Shown here one piece after another: positions 17,712 through 28,882 of a DNA stretch of 64,000 nucleotides. How positions within the stretch are numbered: the stretch's first letter is position 1; each line of letters opens with the position of its first letter. Source of the stretch: Polynucleobacter meluiroseus. GTDB taxonomy: Bacteria > Pseudomonadota > Gammaproteobacteria > Burkholderiales > Burkholderiaceae. Below the pieces are notes generated by a model. The model searched no databases, was not told where the DNA came from, and saw only the letters and a list, made by a program, of their open reading frames with translations. Location: NCBI GenBank assembly GCA_943372325.1, contig CALRYF010000003.1:121577-185576 (forward strand). The letters run 5' to 3'. The position numbers and the translations under genes are program-made.

Positions 17712-19398
17712 GTTACGAGATATTTCTGTGAATGCGCCAAAACCCTGGTTAAAACATTACCCTGAAGGTGTTCCTCATGAGTTGGGACCCTTAAGTCACT
17801 CCTCTTTGAGTGAATTTATGGATGATTGTTTTAGACGATTTCCTGATCGACAGTTGGTTGAATCAATGGGAACGTTTTTTACTTACAGCGAAATTGATCG
17901 ACTATCAATTGATTTTGCGTCTTATCTGCAGAGTCTCCAATTAGAAAAGGGCGCTCGTGTAGCCCTCATGTACCCAAATGTTGTTGAGTATGTCATCGCC
18001 ATGATTGGGACGCTGCGAGCAGGTTTTGTGGTGGTGAATATCAACCCCTTATATACAGCCCGAGAACTAGAAGCTCAGTTACAAGATAGTGGCGCCTCTG
18101 TTTTAGTCATGATGGAGAACTTCGCAGCTACTTATGAGCAGATCAAAGCACAAACATCTGTTCAGAGGGTTATCGTAAGTAGTCCTGGAGAGTTGCTAGG
18201 CATCAAGGGACTTGTGATTAACTGGGTGGCGCGTCACATCAAAAAAATGATCCCACCCTGGGATTTTCCACATATTAAGTTTAAGGAAGCCTTAAAGATT
18301 GGTAGTGGACATTCTTTTATTCATCCTCAACTTGGCTTAGACGATATTGCCTTTTTGCAATATACCGGTGGTACAACTGGTGTCTCTAAAGGTGCTGTAT
18401 TGCTGCATCGAAACATTCTCTCAAATGTGTTGCAAATAGAGTCTTGGCTTAATCCGGCGCTGAAAAATCGCCCCGATGAACAGTTGGTTTTTTTATGCCC
18501 TTTACCTTTAACGCATATATTTGCGTTAACTGCTTGTGCACTATTAGGTCTTGCCAAAGGTGCATTGTTGGTGATGGTAGCAAATCCTCGCGATATAACA
18601 GGCTTTATCAAAATGCTCGGAAAGCATCCCAATATCAATATTTTTCCAGGCGTAAATACTTTGTTTCATGCGTTGATTCATCGTCCAGAATTCAAGCAGG
18701 TGAAGTTGCCTAATTTACTGGTGACTATTGGTGGTGGCATGGCGGTACACAAAAAGACCGCAGAGCATTGGCAGGCAATTACTGGCGTGCCCATAGCGCA
18801 AGGTTATGGTCTTTCAGAAACATCCCCTGTTGTGTGTGTAAATAGTCCCCTAGAGCAGCATTTCACTGGTCATATTGGACCGCCCATTACTGGCACGGAT
18901 GTGGTGATTCTGGATGAAGATGGCACAGTGCTTCCACATGGAACGCCTGGGGAAATTTGTATTCGCGGTCCACAGGTCATGGCAGGATATTGGAATAACC
19001 CACAAGAAACTAGCCTGTGCATGACTGCTGATGGGTATTTTAAGTCTGGAGATATTGGTCTGATTACCCCAGAAGGATTTGTGCAGATTGTTGACCGCAA
19101 AAAGGACATGATTGTAGTTGCAGGTTTTAAAGTCTTCCCCAATGACGTCGAAGATGTTTTATTGCAAATGCCAGGTATTAAAGAGTCTGCAGTGATTGGA
19201 GTACCTCATCGCAAGTTAGGCGAGATTATAAAAGCTTTTGTAGTAAGGTCTGATCATCACATCACTGAAGCAGATGTCTTAAGATTTTCTAAAGAACAGC
19301 TCACGAGTTACAAACGACCTAGAAAGATTGTGTTTGTAGATGAGCTCCCCAAATCCAATGTCGGCAAGATATTGCGACGCGAACTACGCGACCTCTAG
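17704..19398 (+). CDS. fadD: long-chain-fatty-acid--CoA ligase
   Basis: It has PWLKHYPEGVP at the N-terminus, then YTGGTTGVSKG, GYGLSETSP, a GDIG motif and PKSNVGKILRREL. The GTG at 17728 is an alternative start. Confidence 0.85.
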   Translation: MIELRDISVNAPKPWLKHYPEGVPHELGPLSHSSLSEFMDDCFRRFPDRQLVESMGTFFTYSEIDRLSIDFASYLQSLQLEKGARVALMYPNVVEYVIAMIGTLRAGFVVVNINPLYTARELEAQLQDSGASVLVMMENFAATYEQIKAQTSVQRVIVSSPGELLGIKGLVINWVARHIKKMIPPWDFPHIKFKEALKIGSGHSFIHPQLGLDDIAFLQYTGGTTGVSKGAVLLHRNILSNVLQIESWLNPALKNRPDEQLVFLCPLPLTHIFALTACALLGLAKGALLVMVANPRDITGFIKMLGKHPNINIFPGVNTLFHALIHRPEFKQVKLPNLLVTIGGGMAVHKKTAEHWQAITGVPIAQGYGLSETSPVVCVNSPLEQHFTGHIGPPITGTDVVILDEDGTVLPHGTPGEICIRGPQVMAGYWNNPQETSLCMTADGYFKSGDIGLITPEGFVQIVDRKKDMIVVAGFKVFPNDVEDVLLQMPGIKESAVIGVPHRKLGEIIKAFVVRSDHHITEADVLRFSKEQLTSYKRPRKIVFVDELPKSNVGKILRRELRDL

Positions 19399-19412
19399 AG
19401 CTACGCTAACGA

Positions 19413-21155
19413 CTACTTGCTAGGTGTCTTGCCAACCATTTTTGCAGCTCTCAAGAAATCAAAGTCAACGCCTTGATCGGCTTGTGTCACGGTATCAAGG
19501 AATAGCTTCTTATAGCCGCGTTCAGCAGTTGGTGAGGTAATCGGATTATCTTTCATGCGCTTGGCAAGCTCTTCATCTGAAATTAATAAACTAATTTCAC
19601 GGTTCTGAACACTCAAACGAATGCGATCGCCATTACGTACCTGAGCTAGTGGGCCGCCAATAGCTGACTCGGGTGTAACGTGCAAAACGATTGTGCCAAA
19701 AGCTGTACCACTCATCCGTCCATCAGAGATACGCACAATATCTTTTACGCCCGCACGCGCTAATTTCATCGGAATTGGAATATAGCCAGCCTCTGGCATA
19801 CCAGGAGCACCCTTAGGCCCAATATTTTTCAGGACCAAAATATCATCGGCAGTGACATCTAGGTCTGGACTATCAATACGGTTAGCCAGATCAGCAGCAT
19901 CTTCAAAAACGACTGCACGACCTTCATGTTCCATCAGTTTTTCATTAGCAGCGGACTGTTTAATGATGGCGCCACCAGGAGCTAGATTGCCATGCAATAC
20001 AGCAATACTGCCGCGTGGATAAATTGGCCTATCAAAAGGACGTACAACATCTTGCTTAAAGCTTGGTGGTGCTGCATCAATCTCTTCCCCCAGCGTTCTA
20101 CCGGACACGGTCATGGTATTCAGCTTTAATAGCGGCTTGAGTTCACGTAGCAGGGTAGTCATGCCACCTGCATCATGAAAATTTTCCATATAGTGATCGC
20201 CAGAGGGTTTGAGATCCACCAAAACAGGTGTCTCATCACCCATCTTATCGAGTGCCTCTAGGTCAATTTCTAAACCCATACGTCCAGCAATGGCAGCCAA
20301 GTGAACGATAGCATTGGTCGATCCACCAATGGCTAGTAAAACCCGCATGGCGTTTTCAAAAGCATCAGCAGTTAATACTTTGTCAATGGTTAAGCCTTCC
20401 TTGGCCATCTTCACAGCGCAAGTACCCGTTTCCTCTGCAATGCGAATGCGGTCTGCAGTTACTGCCGGAGGAGTAGCGCCACCTGGCACAGTCATGCCGA
20501 GCGCTTCGGAGATGCAGGCCATAGTACTAGCAGTGCCCATGACTGAGCATGTACCAACGCTAGCTACCAATTGATCATTGACTTCATCTTTTTCAATCTC
20601 ATCAATCTCACCGGCGCGGAACTTGCCCCAGTAACGACGACAGTCAGTACAAGCACCCACACGTTCGCTGCGATGTGAGCCCGTTAACATCGACCCGGTG
20701 ATGAGTTGAATGGCAGGCAAGCCTGCAGAGGCTGCGCCCATCATTTGCGCAGGGACGGTTTTATCGCAGCCACCAATCATGACTACGGCATCCATCGGTT
20801 GAGCGCGCAACATTTCTTCTGTATCCATGGACATCAAATTTCGCAAATACATACTAGTAGGCGCAGCAAAACTTTCATGAATAGAAATGGTCGGAAACTC
20901 CATAGGAAGACCGCCTGCCAACATCACACCACGCTTTACAGCTTCTAGTAGTTGAGGCATATTGCCGTGGCAGGGGTTGTATGCACTACCCGTATTGATG
21001 ATGCCAATGACAGGGCGATCCAGTGCACTATTGGTATAACCAGCACCCTTAATAAATGCCTTACGCAGAAATAAAGAGAAGCCTTTATCACCATAGCTAG
21101 TGAGGCCTTTGCGTAAACCGCTTTCAGTTGGATCTTTTGGCTTATTACTCATCAA
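19413..21155 (-). CDS. IlvD/Edd family dehydratase (sugar-acid/dihydroxy-acid dehydratase)
   Basis: It has the family strings NPCHGN, MIGGCDKTVPA, GTCSVMGTASTM and ISDGRMSG, and is 580 aa long. Confidence 0.85.
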   Translation of the reverse strand: MMSNKPKDPTESGLRKGLTSYGDKGFSLFLRKAFIKGAGYTNSALDRPVIGIINTGSAYNPCHGNMPQLLEAVKRGVMLAGGLPMEFPTISIHESFAAPTSMYLRNLMSMDTEEMLRAQPMDAVVMIGGCDKTVPAQMMGAASAGLPAIQLITGSMLTGSHRSERVGACTDCRRYWGKFRAGEIDEIEKDEVNDQLVASVGTCSVMGTASTMACISEALGMTVPGGATPPAVTADRIRIAEETGTCAVKMAKEGLTIDKVLTADAFENAMRVLLAIGGSTNAIVHLAAIAGRMGLEIDLEALDKMGDETPVLVDLKPSGDHYMENFHDAGGMTTLLRELKPLLKLNTMTVSGRTLGEEIDAAPPSFKQDVVRPFDRPIYPRGSIAVLHGNLAPGGAIIKQSAANEKLMEHEGRAVVFEDAADLANRIDSPDLDVTADDILVLKNIGPKGAPGMPEAGYIPIPMKLARAGVKDIVRISDGRMSGTAFGTIVLHVTPESAIGGPLAQVRNGDRIRLSVQNREISLLISDEELAKRMKDNPITSPTAERGYKKLFLDTVTQADQGVDFDFLRAAKMVGKTPSK

Positions 21156-21234
21156 TGTCTCAAATCTTTTAATTGGTTTTATAGGGTGCTACCTAATCTG
21201 TAAACTAATTGTAGCGATGGATTGGCTCATTTAC

Positions 21235-22116
21235 CTACAGACCACCGCCCCAGCGATACTGCCAGGAGACGCCGAAGGCTTCGTAGCTTGTGTTGGCGCT
21301 GGAATAGACACCTTTGCCGCCAGTTAAGCGTATTGAGTTTTGCTTATTGATGGGATAGGAAAAGGTGCTGCCAAAGCGCCAATTTTCTTGTGAACCATTA
21401 ATTGCGGCGCCATTTATATACTTCTGTCCACCCATAAAGTAAGTGGCATCCGCTGAGATATAAGCCGTGTTCGGAAAATAGTAAATAACATGACCCTCGC
21501 TTGAATAGATTGGGTTTTGCGAGAGTGTATTGCCGCCTAAAAAGTTGGTATTACTGGTGTAGATGGTTGCCATGCCAGCAAGTTCCAGGCGCCAAGGACC
21601 AATAGCTTGGGATGCGCCGATCGCTGGCTGAAAAAGGGAGCGATTGGCCCCTACGTTGAGCATTTGCTCACTGTTGTACTTGCCCCATGGAATAGATGCA
21701 GCCAAACTAGCGCCAATGATTAAATCTTGTTGATAGTGCCGAAATTCATCTAAAGAAAGTGCAGGCGCACCATAAAGATTGGCAGAGATCTTCACAACAG
21801 GATCAGAAAAGCCTTCTGCTGATGCATTCACACTCTGACCTCCAGCAGTGCCGGATCCAGAGAGTTGAGCGTATGGCAATAAAAGACTGATCCTGCCAGA
21901 TTGACCAAAGACATCAATGATGCGGGTCAGGCTAACTGCTTCAGTAACAAGTGTATAAGAGCCACTTTTAGCTTGGGCAATACCACCAGTCACAAAATTG
22001 ATTCCAATGGGTGCATTGGAATAGGCGCGGGCCTCAATTTCTTGGGCTTGAGCTTGTTGGCAAATAAAACCAAAGAAACACAACCAAAAAATTCTCACAC
22101 GATACAAGTAAGGCAA
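21235..22116 (-). CDS. outer-membrane beta-barrel transporter (MetA-pathway/phenol-degradation-like)
   Basis: It has a signal peptide, then EARAYSNAPIGINF, and shows alternating beta-strand character. Confidence 0.55.
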   Translation of the reverse strand: MPYLYRVRIFWLCFFGFICQQAQAQEIEARAYSNAPIGINFVTGGIAQAKSGSYTLVTEAVSLTRIIDVFGQSGRISLLLPYAQLSGSGTAGGQSVNASAEGFSDPVVKISANLYGAPALSLDEFRHYQQDLIIGASLAASIPWGKYNSEQMLNVGANRSLFQPAIGASQAIGPWRLELAGMATIYTSNTNFLGGNTLSQNPIYSSEGHVIYYFPNTAYISADATYFMGGQKYINGAAINGSQENWRFGSTFSYPINKQNSIRLTGGKGVYSSANTSYEAFGVSWQYRWGGGL

Positions 22117-22695
22117 TTACTTTTTGGAGCCAAATAAAACTGCAATTGTTTCAGTATTGCCTATGACAATTTTGAATCCCATAAAAATCAAGTAGGGCCA
22201 GACAATCAACCAATACACGATTGACATTGCAAAAACCCTTAAAGGATCGCCGCTACCAAATGCTGCCATAGATGAAATAAATTCTTTACCATTAATAAGA
22301 CCATGAACCCCTGCCTCAAGATAATTTAATCCCAGAACAACCATTAAATAGACTATGGATTCAAGCAAAAGTGATTTAATAATGCCATGTTCTTTATCAA
22401 TCGTAATGGGATAAGCAGCCTGTGCAATCAACATAAATTTAGCTGATATACCCGCTTTAATCAACGCAAAACCAAAGATAGAAAGTGGTATTGGACGCTC
22501 TTCAAGAGCAGTTGCAGCCATAAAGGTAATTGCGCAGAACCACACACCAAAATAAAGAGACAAAGAAAAAGCCTTCTTCATCTCCTCTACTAGTTTTTGC
22601 TTAATGCTGGGAGATTGTGTATGTTTTACCGTGCTTTTGGTCATTAAGGGATCGATCAGAAATAGGGAGGGGATTATTCGCCACAGGTGGCGCAA
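22117..22695 (-). CDS. integral membrane protein, unknown function
   Basis: It has four to five hydrophobic helices and abuts the downstream outer-membrane gene with no gap. Confidence 0.5.
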   Translation of the reverse strand: MRHLWRIIPSLFLIDPLMTKSTVKHTQSPSIKQKLVEEMKKAFSLSLYFGVWFCAITFMAATALEERPIPLSIFGFALIKAGISAKFMLIAQAAYPITIDKEHGIIKSLLLESIVYLMVVLGLNYLEAGVHGLINGKEFISSMAAFGSGDPLRVFAMSIVYWLIVWPYLIFMGFKIVIGNTETIAVLFGSKK

Positions 22696-23981
22696 GAGCC
22701 CGCTACCTCAATTGGAGCAGGCTCTTGGGTATAGCGCGCAATAAAAGCATGCTTACTCGACATTGGCGCTTTAATCCAAACAAAGTGGCCAGAGCCGGGG
22801 GCGACGCCAATAGGTTCGCCAGCCATGTTCCACATCTCTGAAAGTACGACATCTGTATTGCCATTAGGCGCAATGATTTCTAATTTGTCGCCGACAGAGA
22901 AACGGTTTTTGACATCGACCTTGACTCGGCCTGTAGCTGAATCCACTTCCAATGTTTCTGCAACATATAAGCTGCGACCAGACAGCGAGTAGCCACGCAT
23001 GTACAGTTGATATTCTTTATCGTGATGACGCTCATAGAACCCATCTGTATAACCACGATTGGCTAAGCCTTCGAGCTGACCTAATAAAGCAGTATTGAAT
23101 GGTTTGCCTTGTACGGCATCATTAATTGCTGCGCGATAGGATTGAACAGTCCTGGAAACGTAGTAAGGTGACTTGGTACGACCCTCGATCTTGAAGGAAT
23201 CTACACCCATTTTGGTGAGTCGCTCAATATGCTCAACGGCTCGCAGGTCTTTAGAGTTCATGATGTAGGTCCCATGCTCATCCTCTTCCATCGGCATCAA
23301 CTCATCTGGACGGCGGGCTTCTTGAAGTAGAACAACATCACCACTGGTATTTTGTTGCCCAGGCTTTACCTTGTAATCCCAACGACATGCATTAGTGCAA
23401 GCCCCTTGGTTGGAGTCACGGTGCGACATATAACCAGATAGCAAGCAGCGACCAGAGTAGGCAATACAGAGAGCCCCATGTACAAATACCTCAAGCTCCA
23501 TTTCAGGGCAGTCTTGACGTACCTCCTCAATCTCATCAAAAGAGAGTTCGCGCGACAAAATCACACGGCTAATGCCAACCGAGCGCCAGAACTTGGCTGA
23601 AGCACCATTCACAGTATTGGCTTGGACGGATAAGTGGATTGGCATATCAGGCCATGCTTCACGTGCCATCATGATCAGCCCTGGATCAGACATGATTAAA
23701 GCGTCTGGCTTTAATGCAATCACTGGATCCATATCTTTAATATAGGTGCGAGTCTTGCCGCCATGCGGTAATAAGTTGGAGACTAGATAAAACTTTTTAC
23801 CCAACTCGTGTGCAGTATCGATGCCTTGTTTCAGCACTTCGATCTTGCCAAAGTCATTATTGCGAACCCGTAGTGAATAGCGGGGTTGTCCAGCGTAAAT
23901 AGCATCTGCTCCAAAATCAAAAGCAGTTTCGAGCATTTGTAAGCTGCCGGCGGGGGCAAGGAGTTCTGGCGTTTTCATCAT
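22674..23981 (-). CDS. peptidase U32 family protein (YegQ/TrhP-like)
   Basis: It has PELLAPAGS and DAIYAG at the N-terminus, then EVFVHGALCIAYSGRCLLS, and is 435 aa long. Confidence 0.85.
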   Translation of the reverse strand: MMKTPELLAPAGSLQMLETAFDFGADAIYAGQPRYSLRVRNNDFGKIEVLKQGIDTAHELGKKFYLVSNLLPHGGKTRTYIKDMDPVIALKPDALIMSDPGLIMMAREAWPDMPIHLSVQANTVNGASAKFWRSVGISRVILSRELSFDEIEEVRQDCPEMELEVFVHGALCIAYSGRCLLSGYMSHRDSNQGACTNACRWDYKVKPGQQNTSGDVVLLQEARRPDELMPMEEDEHGTYIMNSKDLRAVEHIERLTKMGVDSFKIEGRTKSPYYVSRTVQSYRAAINDAVQGKPFNTALLGQLEGLANRGYTDGFYERHHDKEYQLYMRGYSLSGRSLYVAETLEVDSATGRVKVDVKNRFSVGDKLEIIAPNGNTDVVLSEMWNMAGEPIGVAPGSGHFVWIKAPMSSKHAFIARYTQEPAPIEVAGSCATCGE

Positions 23982-24083
23982 GGGCTTATTTTAATGCCTG
24001 CTTAGCCCATTTGCTCAGAGATCCATCGCCCTAAATTAGGTCAAAAAGGGCTGATTTAGGCCTTATTTCAATAGCTGGCCAGC

Positions 24084-24953
24084 TTATTCGTCAGCGATAG
24101 TGTTGCGTAAGATGCCAATGGACTCGATTTCAATCTCGCAGACATCACCTGGTTTCATAAAAACAGGCGGTGTCCTTGCGTAACCAACACCAGCAGGGGT
24201 ACCAGTAATGACAACATCCCCTGGCTCTAAAGTCATACATTCAGTAATCAACACGATTGTCTCGGCAACGCCCCACAGAAAATCTTTGGTATTGGCGTTT
24301 TGCATGACTTGACCATTTAGGCGTGATTGAATGTTAAGACCATCACATCCGACAGGCAGTTCATCAGGCGTCACTAACCAAGGGCCAAATGCACCCGTTT
24401 GATCAAAATTCTTACCAATCGTCCATTGGGTTGTTTTGCGCTGATAGTCCCGAATACTGCCATCATTGAAAACGCTGTAGCCGGCGACACAATTTAAGGC
24501 ATTTTCTAATGTGAGATTGCGGGCTTTTTTACCCACAACAAAAGCGAGCTCTGCTTCGTAGTCGAGTTTGTCAGAAACCCGAGGTCGTACGATAGGACTT
24601 AAGTGTGCAGTTAAGGAGCTAGGACCACGCATAAAAAAACTTGGGTATTCCGGTCTTGCATTACCACCTTCTTTTGCATGGTCAGCATAGTTCAGGCCCA
24701 TACAGACAATTTTCCCTGGTCTTTCGATGGGCGCCTTGAAAGTGATGTCACTTATTTTTCCAGTTACTGCATTTGGATTGGAGAGGGCGGCTGCCGCTCG
24801 ATTCATGATTTCTGTAGAGTGGATCATGTCTTGCAAATAATTGGGAATCTGTGGGTCGGTAGCATGTAAGTCTATAAATGTATCTAGACTGCCTTTTGAG
24901 AGTGCGCCGACTCCCTCATACCCATTTGGACCTTTAAAGCCAAATAATCTCAT
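24084..24953 (-). CDS. fumarylacetoacetate hydrolase family protein
   Basis: It has the FAH-domain strings GLNYADHAKE, DYEAELAFVVGK and PGDVVITGTPAGVG. Confidence 0.88.
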   Translation of the reverse strand: MRLFGFKGPNGYEGVGALSKGSLDTFIDLHATDPQIPNYLQDMIHSTEIMNRAAAALSNPNAVTGKISDITFKAPIERPGKIVCMGLNYADHAKEGGNARPEYPSFFMRGPSSLTAHLSPIVRPRVSDKLDYEAELAFVVGKKARNLTLENALNCVAGYSVFNDGSIRDYQRKTTQWTIGKNFDQTGAFGPWLVTPDELPVGCDGLNIQSRLNGQVMQNANTKDFLWGVAETIVLITECMTLEPGDVVITGTPAGVGYARTPPVFMKPGDVCEIEIESIGILRNTIADE

Positions 24954-25132
24954 TTCAATGTCTCCAATTCGATTGGTATATATTCATTCTCAATTATCAA
25001 AGTATAGGTCAGTCTTGGGTGGGTCAAAGGTCCGCTAGTTGACTCTATATCGACTCCAAAGTCGATTAAAGTGTGATAACTTTCAACTAATAGCCTATCA
25101 AGATCATTACTCACTAGAAAGTAAATAACATC

Positions 25133-26791
25133 ATGGAGACACCAAGCAAGTCGCTGAATGGTGGCCAGATTCTGGCAAATGCATTAGCAAGACAAGGAGT
25201 GGATATTGCTTTTGGTGTCCCCGGCGAGAGTTTCCTGCCTCTATTAAATGGCCTGATTGATCACCCAGACTTTCGCTTTATTACTTGTCGGCAAGAAGGT
25301 GGCGCAGCCTACATGGCTGAGGCATATGCAAAATTAACTGGTCAACCAGGAGTGTTGATGGTCACGCGCGGTCCCGGTGCATCCAATGCCATGATAGGTA
25401 TGCATACGGCTTATCAGGATTCAACGCCGCTGGTGTTGCTAGTCGGGCAAGTGGGTACTGATATGGTTGAGCGTGAGGCGTTTCAAGAAATCGACTACCG
25501 CCGGATGTATTCCGAATGCGCTAAATGGGTAGGCAGCATTGATCGTGTAGATCGCATCGATGAATTTGTTTCGCACGCCTTTCACGTAGCACAAGCAGGT
25601 CGGAAGGGTCCTGTAGTTTTAGCGTTACCAGAGGATGTGCTGTACATGCCTGGACAAGAGAAGCCTGTTAAGCCGGCACACATCGTTCAGCCTGGATTAG
25701 ATAGCAATGTTTTCAATCATGCTATGCAAGCCTTTAGTTCTGCCAAAAAGCCGATGGTCATTGCTGGTGGCGGTAACTGGAATGCAACTGCCTGTGAAGA
25801 TTTAAGAATTTGGGCCAATAGGGAGGGCATTCCCGTTGCTACGAGTTTTCGTTCTCAAGATGTCATCGACAACCTAGATCCTGCTTTTGCTGGCGATTTA
25901 GGGATTGGCGCCAATTCAGCTTTAGTAAAACGCATCACAGAGGCTGATGTTCTCTTGGTGATTGGTGAACGCTTGGGAGAGATGACAACTGCGGGATACA
26001 GCATATTGACTGTGCCACAAACTAAAGCGACTTTAATTCATGTGCTCTCTGGCCCAGAAGAATTAGGTCGTGTATACCGTCCAGAATTTGCTCTCAATTG
26101 CAGTCCAGAAAATTTCTGTGCAGCATTACATTCGGTGAGGATGGGTAAGGACCACAATCCCGGAGCTATGAAAGATGCGCATGACGACTATTTAGCTTTC
26201 TCAAGTCCAGTGACCGTTCCAGGCGATCTGCAATTGGCACAAATTATGAGTTCTCTGGCTAGCTTAATTCCACGCGATTCGATCATGACTAATGGCGCAG
26301 GTAACTTTGCCACGTGGGTGCATCGCTTTTATCCCTATGGTCCGTTTAAAACTCAATTAGCGCCTGCCAATGGTTCTATGGGTTATGGCCTACCTGCTGC
26401 AATAGCTGCAAAGATTGCAAACCCTGAAAAAGTAGCAATTGCAGTCTGTGGTGATGGTGATTTCATGATGAACTGTCAGGAGTTAGCTACCGCAGCGCGC
26501 TACGATGCTTTCCCAATTGTCTTTGTCGTCAATAACAGCATGTTGGGTACGATACGCATGCATCAGGAGAGAGAATTTAACGCTCGTGTGATTGCCACAG
26601 GCTTAACGAATCCAGATTTTGTGAAGTTTGCGGATAGCTTTGGTATGCCAGGCTTCAGAGTTGCTAAAACTGAAGACTTTGAAGCTGCTTTTGCGCAAGC
26701 GCTGGCTAGTAAGAAGGGCGCTCTTATAGAATTGGTTTTAGATCCAGAGATTATCTCGCCTAGTAAGTTGCTATCCCAGTTAGGGAAGTGA
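25133..26791 (+). CDS. thiamine-diphosphate-dependent enzyme (acetolactate synthase-like)
   Basis: It has an N-terminal Pyr domain (FGVPGESFLP) and a C-terminal ThDP motif (GDGDFMMNCQELAT...NN). Confidence 0.85.
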   Translation: METPSKSLNGGQILANALARQGVDIAFGVPGESFLPLLNGLIDHPDFRFITCRQEGGAAYMAEAYAKLTGQPGVLMVTRGPGASNAMIGMHTAYQDSTPLVLLVGQVGTDMVEREAFQEIDYRRMYSECAKWVGSIDRVDRIDEFVSHAFHVAQAGRKGPVVLALPEDVLYMPGQEKPVKPAHIVQPGLDSNVFNHAMQAFSSAKKPMVIAGGGNWNATACEDLRIWANREGIPVATSFRSQDVIDNLDPAFAGDLGIGANSALVKRITEADVLLVIGERLGEMTTAGYSILTVPQTKATLIHVLSGPEELGRVYRPEFALNCSPENFCAALHSVRMGKDHNPGAMKDAHDDYLAFSSPVTVPGDLQLAQIMSSLASLIPRDSIMTNGAGNFATWVHRFYPYGPFKTQLAPANGSMGYGLPAAIAAKIANPEKVAIAVCGDGDFMMNCQELATAARYDAFPIVFVVNNSMLGTIRMHQEREFNARVIATGLTNPDFVKFADSFGMPGFRVAKTEDFEAAFAQALASKKGALIELVLDPEIISPSKLLSQLGK

Positions 26792-26810
26792 CAGAAAGTC
26801 AGTCGGCAAT

Positions 26811-26838
26811 AAAAAAGAGGAGCATTGCTCCTCTTTTT
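26811..26838. terminator. bidirectional terminator between convergent genes
   Basis: A6-AGAGGAGC-ATT-GCTCCTCT-T5 forms a perfect 8-bp stem. Confidence 0.8.
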
Positions 26839-26857
26839 ACACTCTAGATCAAGAAAG

Positions 26858-27886
26858 TTAATCTACTTTCGCTCCAGAATCCTTCACTACCTTAGTCCAT
26901 TTAGCAATTTCATTTTTGATGAAAGTAGAAAATTGGGCTGGTGTATTGCCAACAGGTTGCGCACCCATTGCCAAATATTTTTCTTTCACTGATGGACTAT
27001 TGATTGCAGCCATCAATGCCACACTGTCTTTATTCAATACATCTGCTGACATATTTGCAGGACCAACTACACCAAACCAAGAGGTAGCTTCATAGCCAGG
27101 TAAATTCGCTGCCTCAGCAATGGTTGGTAGATCCGGAAAAGCAGGAGAGCGTTTGGCGCTAGTCACTGCCAATGCCTTTAAGCGTCCTGCGCGGATGTAG
27201 TTAATCGAAGAGGGCAGATTATCAAACATGATGTCAACGTTGCCCGCCATTAAATCGGTCACCGCTGGAGGACTTCCTCTATAAGGCAAGTGGACCATAT
27301 AGGTTTTTGTCATTGACTTAAAAAGCTCACCAGCCATATGAATGGAGGTTCCATTACCACTTGAAGCCATATTGACCTTGCCAGGATTCGCTCTAGCGTA
27401 GGCAATCAAATCATTCACGCTATTAATGTTGTTCTTAGCGGCAAAATCTGGATTAAGAACTAACACGTTAGGTAACTCTGCAACTAATGTAATGGGTGTG
27501 AAATCTTTAACAGGATCAAAAGGTAATTTGCCGCCACCTTGAGTGTAAAGCGGTAAGTTAATGCCATGCGTACCGACAGATGCCATGAGCCAGGTATAGC
27601 CATCGGGCGCAGCCTTAGAAACAATCTCCGCGCCAATATTGCCGCCTGCGCCAGGCTTGTTATCAATTACGACATTCCATTTGGCTGTATTTGCTAATTC
27701 ACTTTGGAGTGGTCTAGCAATGTTGTCGGTAGCACCGCCAGCTGGAAAGGGGACAACTAAACGAATTGGCTTATTCGGGTAGTCAGCTTGCGCAACAGCA
27801 GTTTGAACGCCCCCAAATAAAGCAGCAAGGATTACAAAGAATTGAATTTTGCGGCCAAACGTATTAATAGATCTGCTTTGAATCAT
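26858..27886 (-). CDS. Bug-family (TctC-like) substrate-binding protein
   Basis: It has a signal peptide, then [26 protein letters not shown] and PDLPTIAEA. Confidence 0.88.
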   Translation of the reverse strand: MIQSRSINTFGRKIQFFVILAALFGGVQTAVAQADYPNKPIRLVVPFPAGGATDNIARPLQSELANTAKWNVVIDNKPGAGGNIGAEIVSKAAPDGYTWLMASVGTHGINLPLYTQGGGKLPFDPVKDFTPITLVAELPNVLVLNPDFAAKNNINSVNDLIAYARANPGKVNMASSGNGTSIHMAGELFKSMTKTYMVHLPYRGSPPAVTDLMAGNVDIMFDNLPSSINYIRAGRLKALAVTSAKRSPAFPDLPTIAEAANLPGYEATSWFGVVGPANMSADVLNKDSVALMAAINSPSVKEKYLAMGAQPVGNTPAQFSTFIKNEIAKWTKVVKDSGAKVD

Positions 27887-28167
27887 TCCTATCTCCTGTT
27901 TATGCGAATCATTCTGATGATTTCTGAACCATTCAATTTAAGCATAACAAAGCAAATAGAGGGTGAAAATGAAAAAAGGGTCTAAATATGTCACTAATCC
28001 TCAGATCTGTAGCTTCTTGATCTGGGCTCCATTCTGCTTTGGACTACCAAGAATAGCTAAAACTACCTTCGGGTCAATTTTCATTCAGGCGTTAGCTTTG
28101 AAAGCTTAGCAGGCATTCAATATTGACCAGTTTCAATTTACCGTTTTAAGGCAAATCAAAGAAAGCA

Positions 28168-28416
28168 CTACTTTTGAGAGTGCTGTTTACGTTTGTAAAG
28201 TATCCAGGCAGTATTAATTCCCGTGATAACCATAATTGGCCAAAGCAGGGTGCAAAGCAAGATCCAAAAAATGCGACCATCTAGAGCTGAGGTTTGATCG
28301 GTGTCCTTCGCCTTGCGAGGCCCTTCACTAAATAAGTGTCGCTTTGAATAAGTGGCAAAACCAAAGATTGCACCAAAGAAAAGGAAAAGACAGATAAAGG
28401 TATATGCATTTGCCAT
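28168..28416 (-). CDS. small membrane protein (82 aa)
   Basis: It has two predicted TM helices and no recognised motif. Confidence 0.4.
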   Translation of the reverse strand: MANAYTFICLFLFFGAIFGFATYSKRHLFSEGPRKAKDTDQTSALDGRIFWILLCTLLWPIMVITGINTAWILYKRKQHSQK

Positions 28417-28585
28417 CTTTAACCTTCAATATGATTGTTTGATTTAAATCTTACAGGATGTTTTCAATACCTTAAATCCAATTCAACCCCAAATAACTGG
28501 GGGGTCTTTCGTTTATTACCAGATTTGATGGGATTTCCTGCTAATGAAAAAACCTGTAGCTTTATGGACATACAGGGTTTTAATT

Positions 28586-28627
28586 TAGCCCCTCGACCTA
28601 GGCTCGAACCAGAGGCCTACGGATTAA
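28586..28627 (-). repeat. diverged copy of the 3' half of tRNA-Asn (att-like direct repeat, island left end)
   Basis: My hand alignment gives 37/42 identity to 57482-57523 in the same orientation. It covers the anticodon-loop end, the T-arm and the acceptor 3' strand. Its own hairpin plus T-run follows at 28547-28581 on the minus strand. Confidence 0.75.
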
Positions 28628-28882
28628 AAGAGCGAAAAACACTATTAGCGTATATTAAATTTTTACAAGCTTCAGTAAAGATCTGGAAATGAAATGGTTT
28701 TGGCTGGTTTTTACGGTCTAAATAGAGGCCTTTATTGGTAAAATCAAGGTCAAACTTAGGCCGCCTAAGAAAAGTTATGAAACTCTCGATGCATCTCTTG
28801 CCGTGCATTGCATGATTCATATTAGGAAATCAAGGCAATGGATGACTTTAAATGGTATGTCGACTTATTAGGTAGCAAATAG

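Noticed and set aside
28435-28820. ORFs 28435-28692 (plus strand) and 28617-28820 (minus strand). The latter contains ...FTNKGLYLDRKNQPKPFHF, faintly like the Arm domain (GLYL) of P4-type integrases, so it was considered as a possible integrase remnant at the island edge.
   Set aside because: Both ORFs cross the tRNA-Asn fragment. The similarity is limited to a few residues. The orientation, reading into the tRNA fragment at the distal end of the island, does not fit the usual tRNA-int layout.
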